Notes: generated from the sequence alone by a model not told the origin. A stretch of 62,415 bases of DNA, filler included, from Nitrospinota bacterium (GCA_030620925.1; 11 parts of 11 records of this genome joined end to end with filler, not necessarily neighbours in it); one strand, 5' to 3'. Positions 40,696 to 50,990 are shown, numbered from the whole stretch's first letter. A program made the numbers and translations.

Positions 40696-41829
40696 GACCT
40701 GGCCCAGTCTCTGATAGAGGTCGAGCATCAAGTAAAAGGGGCCGGCGGCGTTAAGCTGACCGGCCTCGTCTCCGAGCCCGCTCTGAGCCGCAGCGGCAGG
40801 GATATGCAGTTCACTTTCGTCAACGGCAGGTGCGTGCGGGAAGCGGTGGCCATGGGCGCCATCTCCCAGGGTTACAGGACCCTCCTCCCCAGGGGAAGAT
40901 TCCCGGTGGTCTTTCTTTACCTGGAGGTCGACCCCTCCAGCGTGGATGTGAACGTGCATCCGGCCAAGCTTGAGGTCAAATTTCAGGACCATCGAAAGGT
41001 CCATGAAGCCATCGTGGAATCTATAAACCGGGGCCTCTTTTCCGAACGGCAGCCCGCAGGCAGGCCGCACTACGACTCACATGCAGGGTGGAAGACGTCT
41101 TCCTGGACAAGTGGACGCCAGGGGTTCATGTCTCCGGCGGAGGGCCATACCGCCGGTTCCGTTGCGCCGGAGGCTTCTGATGAGACGAGGGCCCCGAGTC
41201 CGGTGGCCGCTAAAGCGCCGCCGCTGGAATGGCAGATGCGCTTGCCGGTATCATCCGGATTCTCACCATTGGGACAGGTGCACGACGCTTTTATAGTGGC
41301 GGGGAGCAGCGAAGGAATCGTCATAATCGATCAGCATACCGCCCATGAGAGGATACTATACGAAAAGATCGTTCAACAGTTTAAAGAATCCAGGGTGAGT
41401 AGCCAGTACCTGCTTATACCCCAGCCGGTGAACCTCTCCCCGCTGGAGACGGCCCTGATCGAGGAGAAGCGAGAAGAGCTGGAGAGGCTGGGTTTCTCCG
41501 TGGAGGCTTTCGGGAAGGGAACGGCCCTGTTGAGAAGCGTGCCTGCTCTGCTGTCCGAGAGGGATTACAAGAAGATATTTCAGGAAGTGGCCGCTCATCT
41601 TGCGGAGCAGGGAAGGCTGAAGCCTTTCGAGGAGGTGGCCGATGAACTTGCGACCATAATGGCCTGCAGGGGGGCCATAAAGGCCGGAGAACCTCTGGAC
41701 GAGGTGAGAACGGCTTCCCTGTTGCAGGAGTTGGAGTCGCTGGAGAAAACCGCGTCCTGTCCTCACGGCCGGCCCATATATTTACTGCTGGGTATCGATG
41801 AGATAAAGAAAAAGTTTCTGCGGAATTAA
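40696..41829 (+). CDS. mutL: DNA mismatch repair protein MutL, C-terminal part (5' truncated)
   Basis: VDVNVHPAKLEV, DQHTAHERILYE, QYLLIP, ACR, CPHGRP. Confidence 0.94.
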   Translation, partial: DLAQSLIEVEHQVKGAGGVKLTGLVSEPALSRSGRDMQFTFVNGRCVREAVAMGAISQGYRTLLPRGRFPVVFLYLEVDPSSVDVNVHPAKLEVKFQDHRKVHEAIVESINRGLFSERQPAGRPHYDSHAGWKTSSWTSGRQGFMSPAEGHTAGSVAPEASDETRAPSPVAAKAPPLEWQMRLPVSSGFSPLGQVHDAFIVAGSSEGIVIIDQHTAHERILYEKIVQQFKESRVSSQYLLIPQPVNLSPLETALIEEKREELERLGFSVEAFGKGTALLRSVPALLSERDYKKIFQEVAAHLAEQGRLKPFEEVADELATIMACRGAIKAGEPLDEVRTASLLQELESLEKTASCPHGRPIYLLLGIDEIKKKFLRN

Positions 41830-41949
41830 GCGCGATGTGCTGTGCACGATCCATGATGAATCACCTGTGCATCGAAAATATAGCAGGCTTAACGGTGCTT
41901 TGCTCATCATGAGTTATCTGTCCAGAATTTTTGATACTACAATGAAGAG

Positions 41950-43216
41950 GTGGCCAAAATGATTGAGGAAATGCTTCCTGAAGGGCTGGCTTTCGATGAT
42001 GTGCTTCTCCTCCCCTCCAGAGCCAAAGTGATGCCCAAAGACGTGGATGTTTCCACCCGCCTTACCCCGGGCATAGGAATCAACATGCCCCTGGTGAGCG
42101 CGGCAATGGATACGGTGACCGAGGTTGAGCTGGCCATAGCACTGGCACAGGAGGGAGGGATCGGCGTCATCCACCGCAACATGTCTGTTGAGCGCCAGCG
42201 TGAAGAGGTGGATAAGGTCAAACGCTCGGAGAGCGGAATGATCGTGGACCCTATCACCATCTCCCCCCACGAGAAGGTGAGCGCGGTGCAGGAGATAATG
42301 CACAAGTTCCGCATCTCCGGCATCCCGGTCATCGAGGACGGAAAGCTGGTAGGAATAATCACCAACCGCGACCTGCGCTTCGAGACCGACACGGACAAGA
42401 AGGTCTCAGAGCTAATGACCAAGGATAAGTTGGTGACCGTTCCCATAGACACCACCCTTGATGAGTCGAAGGAAATACTGCACCGAACAAAGCTCGAGAA
42501 GCTGTTGGTGGTGGACGATGATTTCAACCTCAAGGGGCTCATAACCATCAAGGACCTGGAGAAGCGCAAGAAATACCCCAACGCCTGCAAGGATGAGCTG
42601 GGCCGTCTGATGGTGGGGGCCGCGGTGGGGCCCGGCGAGGACCTGGAGTACAGGGTCAAAGAGCTGCTGGACGCAGGCGTGGACCTGCTGGTGCTCGATT
42701 CCGCCCACGGCCATTCAAACCCCATCGTAGAAGCCATCGAAAAAATCAAGTCCAACCACCCTGAAGTGCAGCTCATTGCGGGCAACGTGGCCACTCAGGA
42801 AGCCACGGCGGAGCTTATCGTGGCGGGCGCCGACGCAATCAAGGTGGGCATCGGTCCCGGCTCGATATGCACCACGCGCATTATCGCCGGGGTGGGTGTG
42901 CCTCAGCTTACCGCCATATCACAATGCGCCAGGGAAGCGGATAAGAAGGGCATACCCGTAATTGCCGATGGCGGAATAAAGTATTCCGGCGATATAACCA
43001 AAGCCATAGCCGCAGGGGCCAGCGTGGTGATGATAGGCAGCCTCTTCGCCGGAGTGGATGAGAGTCCCGGCGAGATGGTCCTCTATCAAGGGCGCACCTA
43101 CAAGGCTTATCGGGGTATGGGATCCCTGGGCGCCATGCACGAGGGGGGAACCGGCCGGTACATGCCGGGCGTTGAAAGCGGAGCCGCCAAGCTGGTGCCC
43201 GAGGGCGTTGAGGGCC
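41950..43216 (+). CDS. guaB: IMP dehydrogenase (3' truncated)
   Basis: [11 protein letters not shown] pair, [29 protein letters not shown]. Confidence 0.96.
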
Positions 43217-43467
43217 NNNNNNNNNNNNNNNNNNNNNNNNNNNNNNNNNNNNNNNNNNNNTTAATTAATTAANNNNNNNNNNNNNNNNNNNNNNNNNNNN
43301 NNNNNNNNNNNNNNNNCAAAAACACACTTTTCCGACAGTCTCGCTATCTATTAACGCTTTTTAATGGCTCAAAAGGTTTCGATAACCAGATGAATTCTTG
43401 AGTTTTGAAAAGTCATGATCATGATATTGTAAGATTCCATTAACTCTGTTGGTTAGAAATCCCCTCA

Positions 43468-44415
43468 TCAGTTCACCGCGTTCCGTTTCTTACCTCTCAG
43501 ATAGGCTTTGAGATTTTCTATGGCCATGTTGAGCTGATTGGAGCCGGCTTCACTGGTGTTGAAGCCGATATGGGGGGTGAGGACAACGTTTTCCAGATGT
43601 AGCAGAGGATGATCCGTGGGAACGGGTTCCGTTTCAAAAACGTCCACCGCCGCTCCCGCGATCTTTCCCTCCCTCAACAGCTCTATCAAAGCCTCGTTAT
43701 CAACCAGCGCGGCCCGGGCGGTGTTAATGAACATTGCATCCTTTTTCATGCTGTTAAGGAGCTCCCTGTCTATCATCCCCTCTGTCTCGCGGTTATGGGC
43801 CAGATGAAGAGAGACCACATCAGCTTTCATGAACAGCTCGTCGAGCTTCACCATCTCCAATCCCAGGGCTCTCCTCCGGTCGTCCGGCGAGCGGGTCCAG
43901 GCGATCACCTTCATTCCTATACCCAGGGCCAGCCTGACCATATCTATCCCTATGGGCCCCAGCCCGACGATGCCTATGGTCTTCGCCTTCAGCTCAATAC
44001 CCTTGAAGCTCGACGGCTCCCATCTGCCCTCCCTTGTGCTGTTATACGAGCGGAGAAGGTGGCGGGCCAGGGCGAGCATCAGGGCCAGGGTGTGTTCGGC
44101 CACCGAGGTTGAGCCGTAGTCGGGCGTGTAGTTAACCGATATATTCCTCCGCGTGGCCTCTTCGACGTCAATATAATCCTTGTAACCTATACCCAGAAAG
44201 CAGACCACCTTTAAACGACCGCACTCCGCCAGGATATCCGCAGTCAACCTCGAATAGTCCAGTATTATCGCATCCGCATCGCACACCCTCTCAATCAGGT
44301 CCGATTTTTCAGTGGGCAGGTTATCGTAGACCACAACCTCGCCCAACTCTCTCAACGGTTCGAGATCACTATCTCTATTAATACAGGCTGCGCCGTCCGG
44401 AAAGACAATCTTCAT
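43468..44415 (-). CDS. D-isomer-specific 2-hydroxyacid dehydrogenase
   Basis: SVAEH, GLGPIG, INTARA, DVFETEP, TPHIG. Confidence 0.9.
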   Translation of the reverse strand: MKIVFPDGAACINRDSDLEPLRELGEVVVYDNLPTEKSDLIERVCDADAIILDYSRLTADILAECGRLKVVCFLGIGYKDYIDVEEATRRNISVNYTPDYGSTSVAEHTLALMLALARHLLRSYNSTREGRWEPSSFKGIELKAKTIGIVGLGPIGIDMVRLALGIGMKVIAWTRSPDDRRRALGLEMVKLDELFMKADVVSLHLAHNRETEGMIDRELLNSMKKDAMFINTARAALVDNEALIELLREGKIAGAAVDVFETEPVPTDHPLLHLENVVLTPHIGFNTSEAGSNQLNMAIENLKAYLRGKKRNAVN

Positions 44416-44441
44416 TCAATCACTCTCAGGAAATCAAAACC

Positions 44442-44966
44442 CTAAAGCTTTACAATTCGGCCCCTGATCTCTTGTTCGACTTCAAGTATGCCCACCGATT
44501 TGTATGGTGCGAAAAAGTTGTCCGTGGGGCTTCCGGGATTAAAGAAGAGGACCCCGTCGATGATTTCATTGAACGGTTCGTGAGTATGTCCGTAGATAAT
44601 GACGTCGACATCCTGGAAACGACTCCTTATTCGCTGCTGAATCCCCCCTGGTGCACCCCAACCGTGCACCACGCCTATTTTACGCCCTTCTATCTCTAAA
44701 ACTCTCTCTTCGGGGAGGGAGGACAATTTAGACCTGTCCATGTTTCCTTGTACGGCTTCTACCGGGCCGAATTTCTTCAGCTCGTCAAGGACGGTTTGCG
44801 ACGTTATGTCGCCGGCATGGATCACCATCTCCACATCGGTGAAGACCTCTTCCAGGCAATGGATAAGCTCTTCAAGGGTCTCAGGGCCCCTGCCCAAAAT
44901 GCTGCGCCAGCCGCCCGACTTTTTAGTACCCGTAAAATGGGTATCAGACAATACGCCTATCCTCAC
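44442..44966 (-). CDS. Metallophosphoesterase (YfcE/MJ0936-like)
   Basis: SDTH, HAGD, GNMD, HG, GHTH, NPGS. Confidence 0.9.
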   Translation of the reverse strand: MRIGVLSDTHFTGTKKSGGWRSILGRGPETLEELIHCLEEVFTDVEMVIHAGDITSQTVLDELKKFGPVEAVQGNMDRSKLSSLPEERVLEIEGRKIGVVHGWGAPGGIQQRIRSRFQDVDVIIYGHTHEPFNEIIDGVLFFNPGSPTDNFFAPYKSVGILEVEQEIRGRIVKL

Positions 44967-45071
44967 CGCCCGACATATCTCCTACATACTATCCAGGGCA
45001 CACGATTCAGACACTTCTCCGGGCACGCCTCCCTCCGACGAAAAGCGGAAATCTTGCATCAGCGGAATACT

Positions 45072-46337
45072 TCATTTACTCTTTATAGCCGCCAGCACCC
45101 GCTCAGGGGTAAGGGGCAATTCATTTACGTCGGCGCCCACCGCGTTTCTCACCGCGTTGGCTATAGCCGCCGCAGTGGGAACGTGGGGAGGTTCGCCCAC
45201 CCCTTTAAGCCCGTGCGGACCGGGGCCGGTGGGGTTCTCAACAAGCACCGGCTCCACCCGGGGGACGTCCACAGCGGTGGGCATCTTGTAGTCCATGAAG
45301 TTGGGGTTCAGCAGTTTTCCGTCCCTGTATACGTATTCCTCGGTGGTTGCGAAGCCGAGCCCCTGGGCCACCCCTCCCTGTATCTGACCCTCAACGGACA
45401 AGGGGTTTATGGCGAATCCCACATCCTGAGCGGCGACTATCTTCAACACCTTGACACCGCCCGTATCCGGGTCCACCTCCACCTCCGCGGCCTGGGCACA
45501 AATTACGAGGTGTGGGGGTAGAGGGGCCGCGGAACCTTTCCCTAAAATCAACCCCCCACTGGCATTCTGGCTGGCCAGCGAAAGCTGGGCCATACTCATG
45601 GCCTTATCCTTGGAGCCGCGGGCGTAGACCATGCGGTCTTCAGCCACCAGGTCATCCACATCCACCTTCATCAGCTCGGCCGCTATCTCAAAGAGCTGCT
45701 GCCTGGCGTCCTGGGCGGCGATCCTGGCGGCGTTACCGATGTTGTAGGTGATCATGCTGCCGCCGCTGGGCGGGCCGTACATCGTGGTGTCGGTATCCCC
45801 CACCACCACCAAGACGTCCTCCATGGGGACGCCCAGCTCCTCGGCTACTATTTGGGCGATGGAGGTGGTGGTGCCCGTAAGGTTCACTGCTCCGGTTATC
45901 AGGTTTATGGTGCCGTCTTCGTTTATTTTCAAGTTGACGCTTCCGGGGAAGCCCCCCACGTTCCAATGGCCGCAGGCGACGCCGCGACCCCTGTTGGGTG
46001 CGGTCTTCTTACCCCAGCCTATCTTCTCCGCCACCGCCGCCAGGTTATCTTTGAAAGAAGAGCGCTTGAGGCGCTCCCCGGCGAAGGTTACGTCGCCGTC
46101 TTTAAGTCCGTTCTTCATGCGCAGCTCCACGGCGTCCATACCCAGCTCAAGGGCCGCGGCATCCATCATGCGCTCCACGGCGAAGATGGCCTGGGGAAAA
46201 CCGGGCGCCCGGTAGGCCCCGCTGCTCAGTTTATTGGTATAGACAGCGTAGCCTCTGAAAAGACCGTTGGGAACATGGTAAGGACCTCTGGTGGCGGAAG
46301 CCGCCCGACCGGCGGTGGCCGGACTCAGGTCAGCGTA
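45072..46337 (-). CDS. Xanthine dehydrogenase-family molybdopterin-binding subunit (5' truncated)
   Basis: Frame open to the contig edge: GPYHVPN, GAYRAPG, EVEVDPDTG, GQIQGGVAQGLG, KGVGEPP. Confidence 0.9.
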   Translation of the reverse strand, partial: YADLSPATAGRAASATRGPYHVPNGLFRGYAVYTNKLSSGAYRAPGFPQAIFAVERMMDAAALELGMDAVELRMKNGLKDGDVTFAGERLKRSSFKDNLAAVAEKIGWGKKTAPNRGRGVACGHWNVGGFPGSVNLKINEDGTINLITGAVNLTGTTTSIAQIVAEELGVPMEDVLVVVGDTDTTMYGPPSGGSMITYNIGNAARIAAQDARQQLFEIAAELMKVDVDDLVAEDRMVYARGSKDKAMSMAQLSLASQNASGGLILGKGSAAPLPPHLVICAQAAEVEVDPDTGGVKVLKIVAAQDVGFAINPLSVEGQIQGGVAQGLGFATTEEYVYRDGKLLNPNFMDYKMPTAVDVPRVEPVLVENPTGPGPHGLKGVGEPPHVPTAAAIANAVRNAVGADVNELPLTPERVLAAIKSK

Positions 46338-46439
46338 TGNNNNNNNNNNNNNNNNNNNNNNNNNNNNNNNNNNNNNNNNNNNNTTAATTAATTAANNNNN
46401 NNNNNNNNNNNNNNNNNNNNNNNNNNNNNNNNNNNNNNN

Positions 46440-46532
46440 CACTTCAAACTCCTCGGCCAACGTCCTGAACACATGCGTGGAACAGGGAGCACAACAGATG
46501 TGCAGAAGCAGCTTCGGTTTGTCCCTTCCCAT
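46440..46532 (-). CDS. queH: Epoxyqueuosine reductase QueH (DUF208), N-terminal fragment
   Basis: Hand translation gives MGRDKPKLLLHICCAPCSTHVFRTLAEEFEV; LLLHxCCAPC is the QueH N-terminal signature. Below the ORF-track size cutoff. Confidence 0.8.
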
Positions 46533-46564
46533 ATCGTTATCTCTCACGGATAATTATAGCACGC

Positions 46565-48637
46565 CTAGCAACGGCTGAAGAAACAACCTTTGCAGAAAAA
46601 GCACCCCTCCGAGACTTCAAGCTGGCCGCCGCATTCAGGACATATCTCCTTCAGGGCGCTCAGCTCCGGCTCTTTGCCCGTATTTTCTTTAAGATAACGG
46701 GTCATCACCTTGGCGATTGCATCCGGTATGGAGAGCACCGACCCGCCCTGGTGCATAATCTGAGAGCTTCCGCTTATACCGCCGAGTTGATGGATGAGCT
46801 TCTCCATGGATACGCCGTGCTGCAACGCGACTGAGACCAGCCTCCCGATGGCCTCGGTCTTGGCCGTGACGCTCTGGCCCGATTTTCCCAGAATGGCGAA
46901 AAGCTCAAACGGCTTACCGTCGATCTCATTTATGGTGACGTAGAGGTTACCCATTCCCGTGTTCATTTTATAGGTGTAACCGGTGACTTTGTCCGGGCGG
47001 CCTTCTCTCAGTATGGCCTCTTCTTTAACCAGAACCTCCCGTCTGCGGCTCCCCTCGCGATAGACGGTAAGCCCCTTCAGGCCCGCATTGTAGGCGAGAA
47101 CGAAAGCTTCCGCAACGTCCTCCCGCGAGGCGCCGCCGGCGAAGTTGATGGTCTTGGAGACCGCGGCATCCACATGCTTCTGAAACGCGGCCTGCATCCT
47201 TATGTGCCACTCAGGGCTTATCTCCGTGGCTGTCACGAAGTGGCCAGGCAATGGCTCCTCCTGCTCCAGGTACGGCTCGGCAAGGGGATGATAATCGGTC
47301 ATGGCGGTGTCCAGAATGAGCGACACCGTCTTCCAGGAGAAGTTGGGCTCTATGCCCGAAGACGTCCCCGCGATGCGGGCGATGGTGCCCGTGGGGGCGA
47401 TGGTGGTGCGGCAGGCATTGCGCATGGGCCGGCCCTTGTATACGCTGGCAGGAATGGCGGGGAAGCTGCCTTTCTCCACGCCCAGTTTTTCCGACTGGTC
47501 GGCGGCTGCGTCTGCTATGAAGTTCATGACCCGCTGTGCCCACTGCAGCCCCTCCTCGCTGTCGTATCTCACTTTAAGCCTGAGCAGCATGTCGGCGAAA
47601 CCCATAACGCCGAGACCTATCTTCCTGTTCCGGAGGGTGGCCTCTTTAATCTCCTCCAGGGGATAACCGTTGACGTCTATGACGTCGTCCAGAAACCTGA
47701 CCCCTTTCCTGACCACCCCTTCCAGGCGCACCCAATCCAGATTAGAGTCTTTCACGAAGTTGGAGAGGTTGACGCTGCCCAGGTTGCACGATTCGTAGGG
47801 GAGGAGGGGCTGCTCCCCGCAGGGGTTGGTGCTCTCTATCAAGCCCTCGAGGGGATGGCAGCGGTTTACGGTGTCTATGAATATCACTCCCGGCTCGCCG
47901 TTTAGCCAGGCATGCTCGGCGAGCAAGTTGAAAACTTCTACAGCATTCAGGCTGCGGGTAGCTTCACCGGTGTGAGGGTCTACCAGGGAGTAATCACCGT
48001 CATTGAAAAGGGCCTCCATAAACTCATCGGTTATGGCCACTGAGATGTTGAAATTGTCCAGCCTGCCCTCTTCCGCCTTGCAGGTTATAAACTCCAGAAT
48101 GTCTGGGTGATCGACTCTGAGCATGCCCATGTTCGCCCCGCGCCTGGTACCTCCCTGTTTAATCTCCTCGGTGGCACTGTCGTAAACCTTGATGAAGCTC
48201 ACCGGACCGGATGATATTCCATGGGTGCTGCCCACGATAGAGTTTCTGGGCCTCAACCTCGAAAAGGAAAAACCGGTCCCCCCGCCGCTCTTGTGTATCA
48301 GGGCCGCGTCTTTCAGGGTATCGAAAATGCTTTCCATGGAATCTTCGATGGGGAGGACGAAACAGGCGGCCAACTGGCCCAGCTCACGGCCCGCGTTCAT
48401 CAGGCAGGGGGAGTTGGGGAGGAAGTCGAGGCCGGCCATCATGTCATAGTAGGCCTCAGCCCAATGCTCCTTTTCCTGCTCGGCAGCAGCCACGGCACAG
48501 GCCACGCGCAGGAACATCTCTTCGGGGCTCTCAAGCACTTCGCCCCGCTCGTCCCTCTTGAGGTAGCGGGAATTGAGAATGCGGAGGGCGTTTTCCGTCA
48601 GGTTTATCGCCCTTCTTTTATTACTCTTCAGCTCCAA
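46565..48637 (-). CDS. nrdJ: Class II (adenosylcobalamin-dependent) ribonucleotide reductase with C-terminal Zn-ribbon-like domain
   Basis: FLPNSP, QLAACF, RRGANM, TNPCGEQPL, TIAPTGT, SKTIN; C-terminal CPEC..C..C..C..C. Confidence 0.93.
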   Translation of the reverse strand: MELKSNKRRAINLTENALRILNSRYLKRDERGEVLESPEEMFLRVACAVAAAEQEKEHWAEAYYDMMAGLDFLPNSPCLMNAGRELGQLAACFVLPIEDSMESIFDTLKDAALIHKSGGGTGFSFSRLRPRNSIVGSTHGISSGPVSFIKVYDSATEEIKQGGTRRGANMGMLRVDHPDILEFITCKAEEGRLDNFNISVAITDEFMEALFNDGDYSLVDPHTGEATRSLNAVEVFNLLAEHAWLNGEPGVIFIDTVNRCHPLEGLIESTNPCGEQPLLPYESCNLGSVNLSNFVKDSNLDWVRLEGVVRKGVRFLDDVIDVNGYPLEEIKEATLRNRKIGLGVMGFADMLLRLKVRYDSEEGLQWAQRVMNFIADAAADQSEKLGVEKGSFPAIPASVYKGRPMRNACRTTIAPTGTIARIAGTSSGIEPNFSWKTVSLILDTAMTDYHPLAEPYLEQEEPLPGHFVTATEISPEWHIRMQAAFQKHVDAAVSKTINFAGGASREDVAEAFVLAYNAGLKGLTVYREGSRRREVLVKEEAILREGRPDKVTGYTYKMNTGMGNLYVTINEIDGKPFELFAILGKSGQSVTAKTEAIGRLVSVALQHGVSMEKLIHQLGGISGSSQIMHQGGSVLSIPDAIAKVMTRYLKENTGKEPELSALKEICPECGGQLEVSEGCFFCKGCFFSRC

Positions 48638-48738
48638 TCCTATTCCTCACGCTGACAGACCATCCCCATAAACGGTCTCATTTTAAAAATATAGAATAAT
48701 ATGTCATGAACCGCACCCTCCACCACCTCTGAACCTCA

Positions 48739-48767
48739 ATTATGTTGGTTAACCCCCATCTTGTCAA
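48739..48767 (-). promoter_or_regulatory. Near-consensus sigma70 promoter for nrdJ
   Basis: Minus strand TTGACA-17 nt-CATAAT, about 100 nt upstream of nrdJ. Confidence 0.65.
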
Positions 48768-48910
48768 TAAGACTCAAAGCATATTTCGATACCCGGGGGA
48801 GGATGGCCCGGGGAGCGGAAGGAAGATGGTTATCCTTCTATGGTTGCATAGGCATCGGGGTTGTGCTAAAAATACAAACTGTTTTCATCTAAATACAAAG
48901 GAGAAGGAAC

Positions 48911-49828
48911 ATGTCTATAGAGAGGGTGTTGTGCATGGGCTCGGGCCCCATCGGCGTTCAGGGGGCGGCCCGCCTGGCCCAATCGGGGGTGGAGGTACGT
49001 TTTATGACCTACCGCACCTATCTCAACTACCTGGAGAAAGAGGCCGCCGGAGAGGAGATTTCCGAGACAGATGAAAGGACGGAGGCCGGATTGCAGACCA
49101 TCCAAAAACTCATGGAAAACAACTGGGAAAGGGGAAACATCACCGAAGAGCAATATAAGGATGGCTGCGCAAAGCTCATCGGTTACACCGACCTGAACAA
49201 AGCGGTGCAAGGTATCGATCTCTTCATCGAAAGCATTCCCGAAAATATTGAAGAGAAGAAGGCTCTATTCATCGAAATGGATAAACGCTGCACTCCGCCC
49301 ATTATACTGGCGAGCAACACCTCCTCACTCTGGATCTCGGAAATGGCCGCCGTTACCTCTGAGCCCGCACGTGTGGCGGGCTTCCACTTCGCAAACCCCG
49401 CCCACACCAATAAATACCATGAAGTGGTAAAATGCCTGGATACGGAGGCCGGGGTTATCGAAGATTTGCTCCAACTGGCCATCCGCATGGGAAAGGATAC
49501 GGCCGTAGTGTCTGATTTACCGGGCTTCTCCCTTAACCGCATCCTCATCTCATATCTCAATGAAGGAGCTTACATACTGATGGACGGCGTGGCCGAACCC
49601 GAGGACATCGATAAGTCCGCCGTCCTGGGCATGGGATTTCCCATAGGCCCCCTGGCGCTTCTGGACTACGTGGGCATCGACCTGGCCTACAGGGTGATCA
49701 GCGTTTTTCATGAGGCTTACGGCGAACGGTTCAGACCCTGTCCCCTGATTATTCAAAAATACAAAGCAGGCCATTACGGCAGAAAAACAGGTAAGGGTTT
49801 TTACACCTATCCCAAAAAGGATGCGTGA
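48911..49828 (+). CDS. 3-hydroxyacyl-CoA dehydrogenase family protein
   Basis: GSGPIG, ESIPENIEEK, ASNTSS, GFHFANP, DYVGID, GRKTGKGFY. Confidence 0.88.
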   Translation: MSIERVLCMGSGPIGVQGAARLAQSGVEVRFMTYRTYLNYLEKEAAGEEISETDERTEAGLQTIQKLMENNWERGNITEEQYKDGCAKLIGYTDLNKAVQGIDLFIESIPENIEEKKALFIEMDKRCTPPIILASNTSSLWISEMAAVTSEPARVAGFHFANPAHTNKYHEVVKCLDTEAGVIEDLLQLAIRMGKDTAVVSDLPGFSLNRILISYLNEGAYILMDGVAEPEDIDKSAVLGMGFPIGPLALLDYVGIDLAYRVISVFHEAYGERFRPCPLIIQKYKAGHYGRKTGKGFYTYPKKDA

Positions 49829-49888
49829 CGCAGGAGGGGTTGTTCCTGACCAGTGCATAATTCACCATAAAGGGAGGGAGAGAGGAAG

Positions 49889-50677
49889 TTGAGCAAAGAT
49901 CATATCCTGGTGCAAAAGGAAGCCGGATTAGCCACCGTGGTGTTCAACAGGCCGGAGATGCGCAACGCCATAAGTTATCAGATGTGGCAGAGCATCCCGC
50001 AGATAATGGAAGACCTGGAGCAGGAGCAGGAGGTAAGGGTGGTAATCATCCGCGGGGCCGGCGACAAGGCTTTCATCGCCGGAGCGGATATTTCAGAATT
50101 CAAGACGCTGCGCAGCGATCCCGAAAACGTAAAAATGTATAATACCGCCACCGCGGCGGCCACGCGCGGCCTGTACAATTTCCCCAAACCCCTCATCGCC
50201 ATGATCAACGGGTTCTGCATGGGGGGAGGCACTTCCATCGCCGTCTGCTGCGATCTGCGCATCGCCAGCGAGGGATCGATGTTCGGAGTGCCCGCCGCCA
50301 GACTGGGGCTCGGCTACGGCTTCGAGGGGACTAAAATACTGTCGGACATAGTAGGCCCCGCCTTCGCCAAGGAAATCCTGTTCACCGCCCGCAGGTTCAA
50401 CGCGCAGGAGGCGAAGGAAATGGGTCTGGTCAACAGGGTGATAGCGGCGGAAGAGCTGGAAACCTACGTTCTGCAGCTTGCGCAGTCCATAGCCGTAAAC
50501 GCCCCCCTCACGGTAAAGACCTCCAAGTTCATCGTCAGCCAGTGCTGCCTCGATCCAGAGCGCAGGGACATGGAAAAGGTAAACAGAATGGTGGAAGCCT
50601 GCTTTCAGAGCGAAGATTATCGAGAGGGCGCACAGGCATTCATGGAAAAACGCAAGCCCGACTTTCAGGGCAATTGA
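49889..50677 (+). CDS. Enoyl-CoA hydratase/isomerase
   Basis: NRPEMRNA, AFIAGADI, CMGGG, EDYREG..AFMEKRKPDF. Confidence 0.92.
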   Translation: MSKDHILVQKEAGLATVVFNRPEMRNAISYQMWQSIPQIMEDLEQEQEVRVVIIRGAGDKAFIAGADISEFKTLRSDPENVKMYNTATAAATRGLYNFPKPLIAMINGFCMGGGTSIAVCCDLRIASEGSMFGVPAARLGLGYGFEGTKILSDIVGPAFAKEILFTARRFNAQEAKEMGLVNRVIAAEELETYVLQLAQSIAVNAPLTVKTSKFIVSQCCLDPERRDMEKVNRMVEACFQSEDYREGAQAFMEKRKPDFQGN

Positions 50678-50688
50678 CGGGGTAAGAG

Positions 50689-50961
50689 ATGGAGTTAAGA
50701 ATATTAGGGAGCGTTTTTATCTCTATATTCCTTGCCGAGCTCGGAGATAAAACCCAATTGGCCACCCTCTCCTTCGCCGCAGCGGGAAAAAACAGGCTGA
50801 GCGTCTTCCTGGGATCAGCGGCCGCTCTGATACTGGCCAGCCTCATCGCCGTCTACTTCGGAAGCATGATCTCACGAGCCGTTCCGGCAAATTACATCAA
50901 GATAGGAGCGGGTTGTCTGTTCCTGGCCATAGGGGCGCTTCTACTGTTCAACAAGCTCTGA
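50689..50961 (+). CDS. UPF0016/GDT1/TMEM165-family single-domain membrane protein
   Basis: AELGDKTQ motif and three hydrophobic segments. Confidence 0.87.
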   Translation: MELRILGSVFISIFLAELGDKTQLATLSFAAAGKNRLSVFLGSAAALILASLIAVYFGSMISRAVPANYIKIGAGCLFLAIGALLLFNKL

Positions 50962-50990
50962 AAGTTCAGGTGGCGGGGGGCCGTTCACCC

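Noticed and set aside
46565-48637. Intein or intron in nrdJ
   Set aside because: Motifs are contiguous and the length is compact; no insertion seen.
48735-48770. NrdR box over the nrdJ promoter
   Set aside because: Only a half-site-like match (ATCTTGT) to acaCwAtATaTwGtgt; too weak to call by eye.
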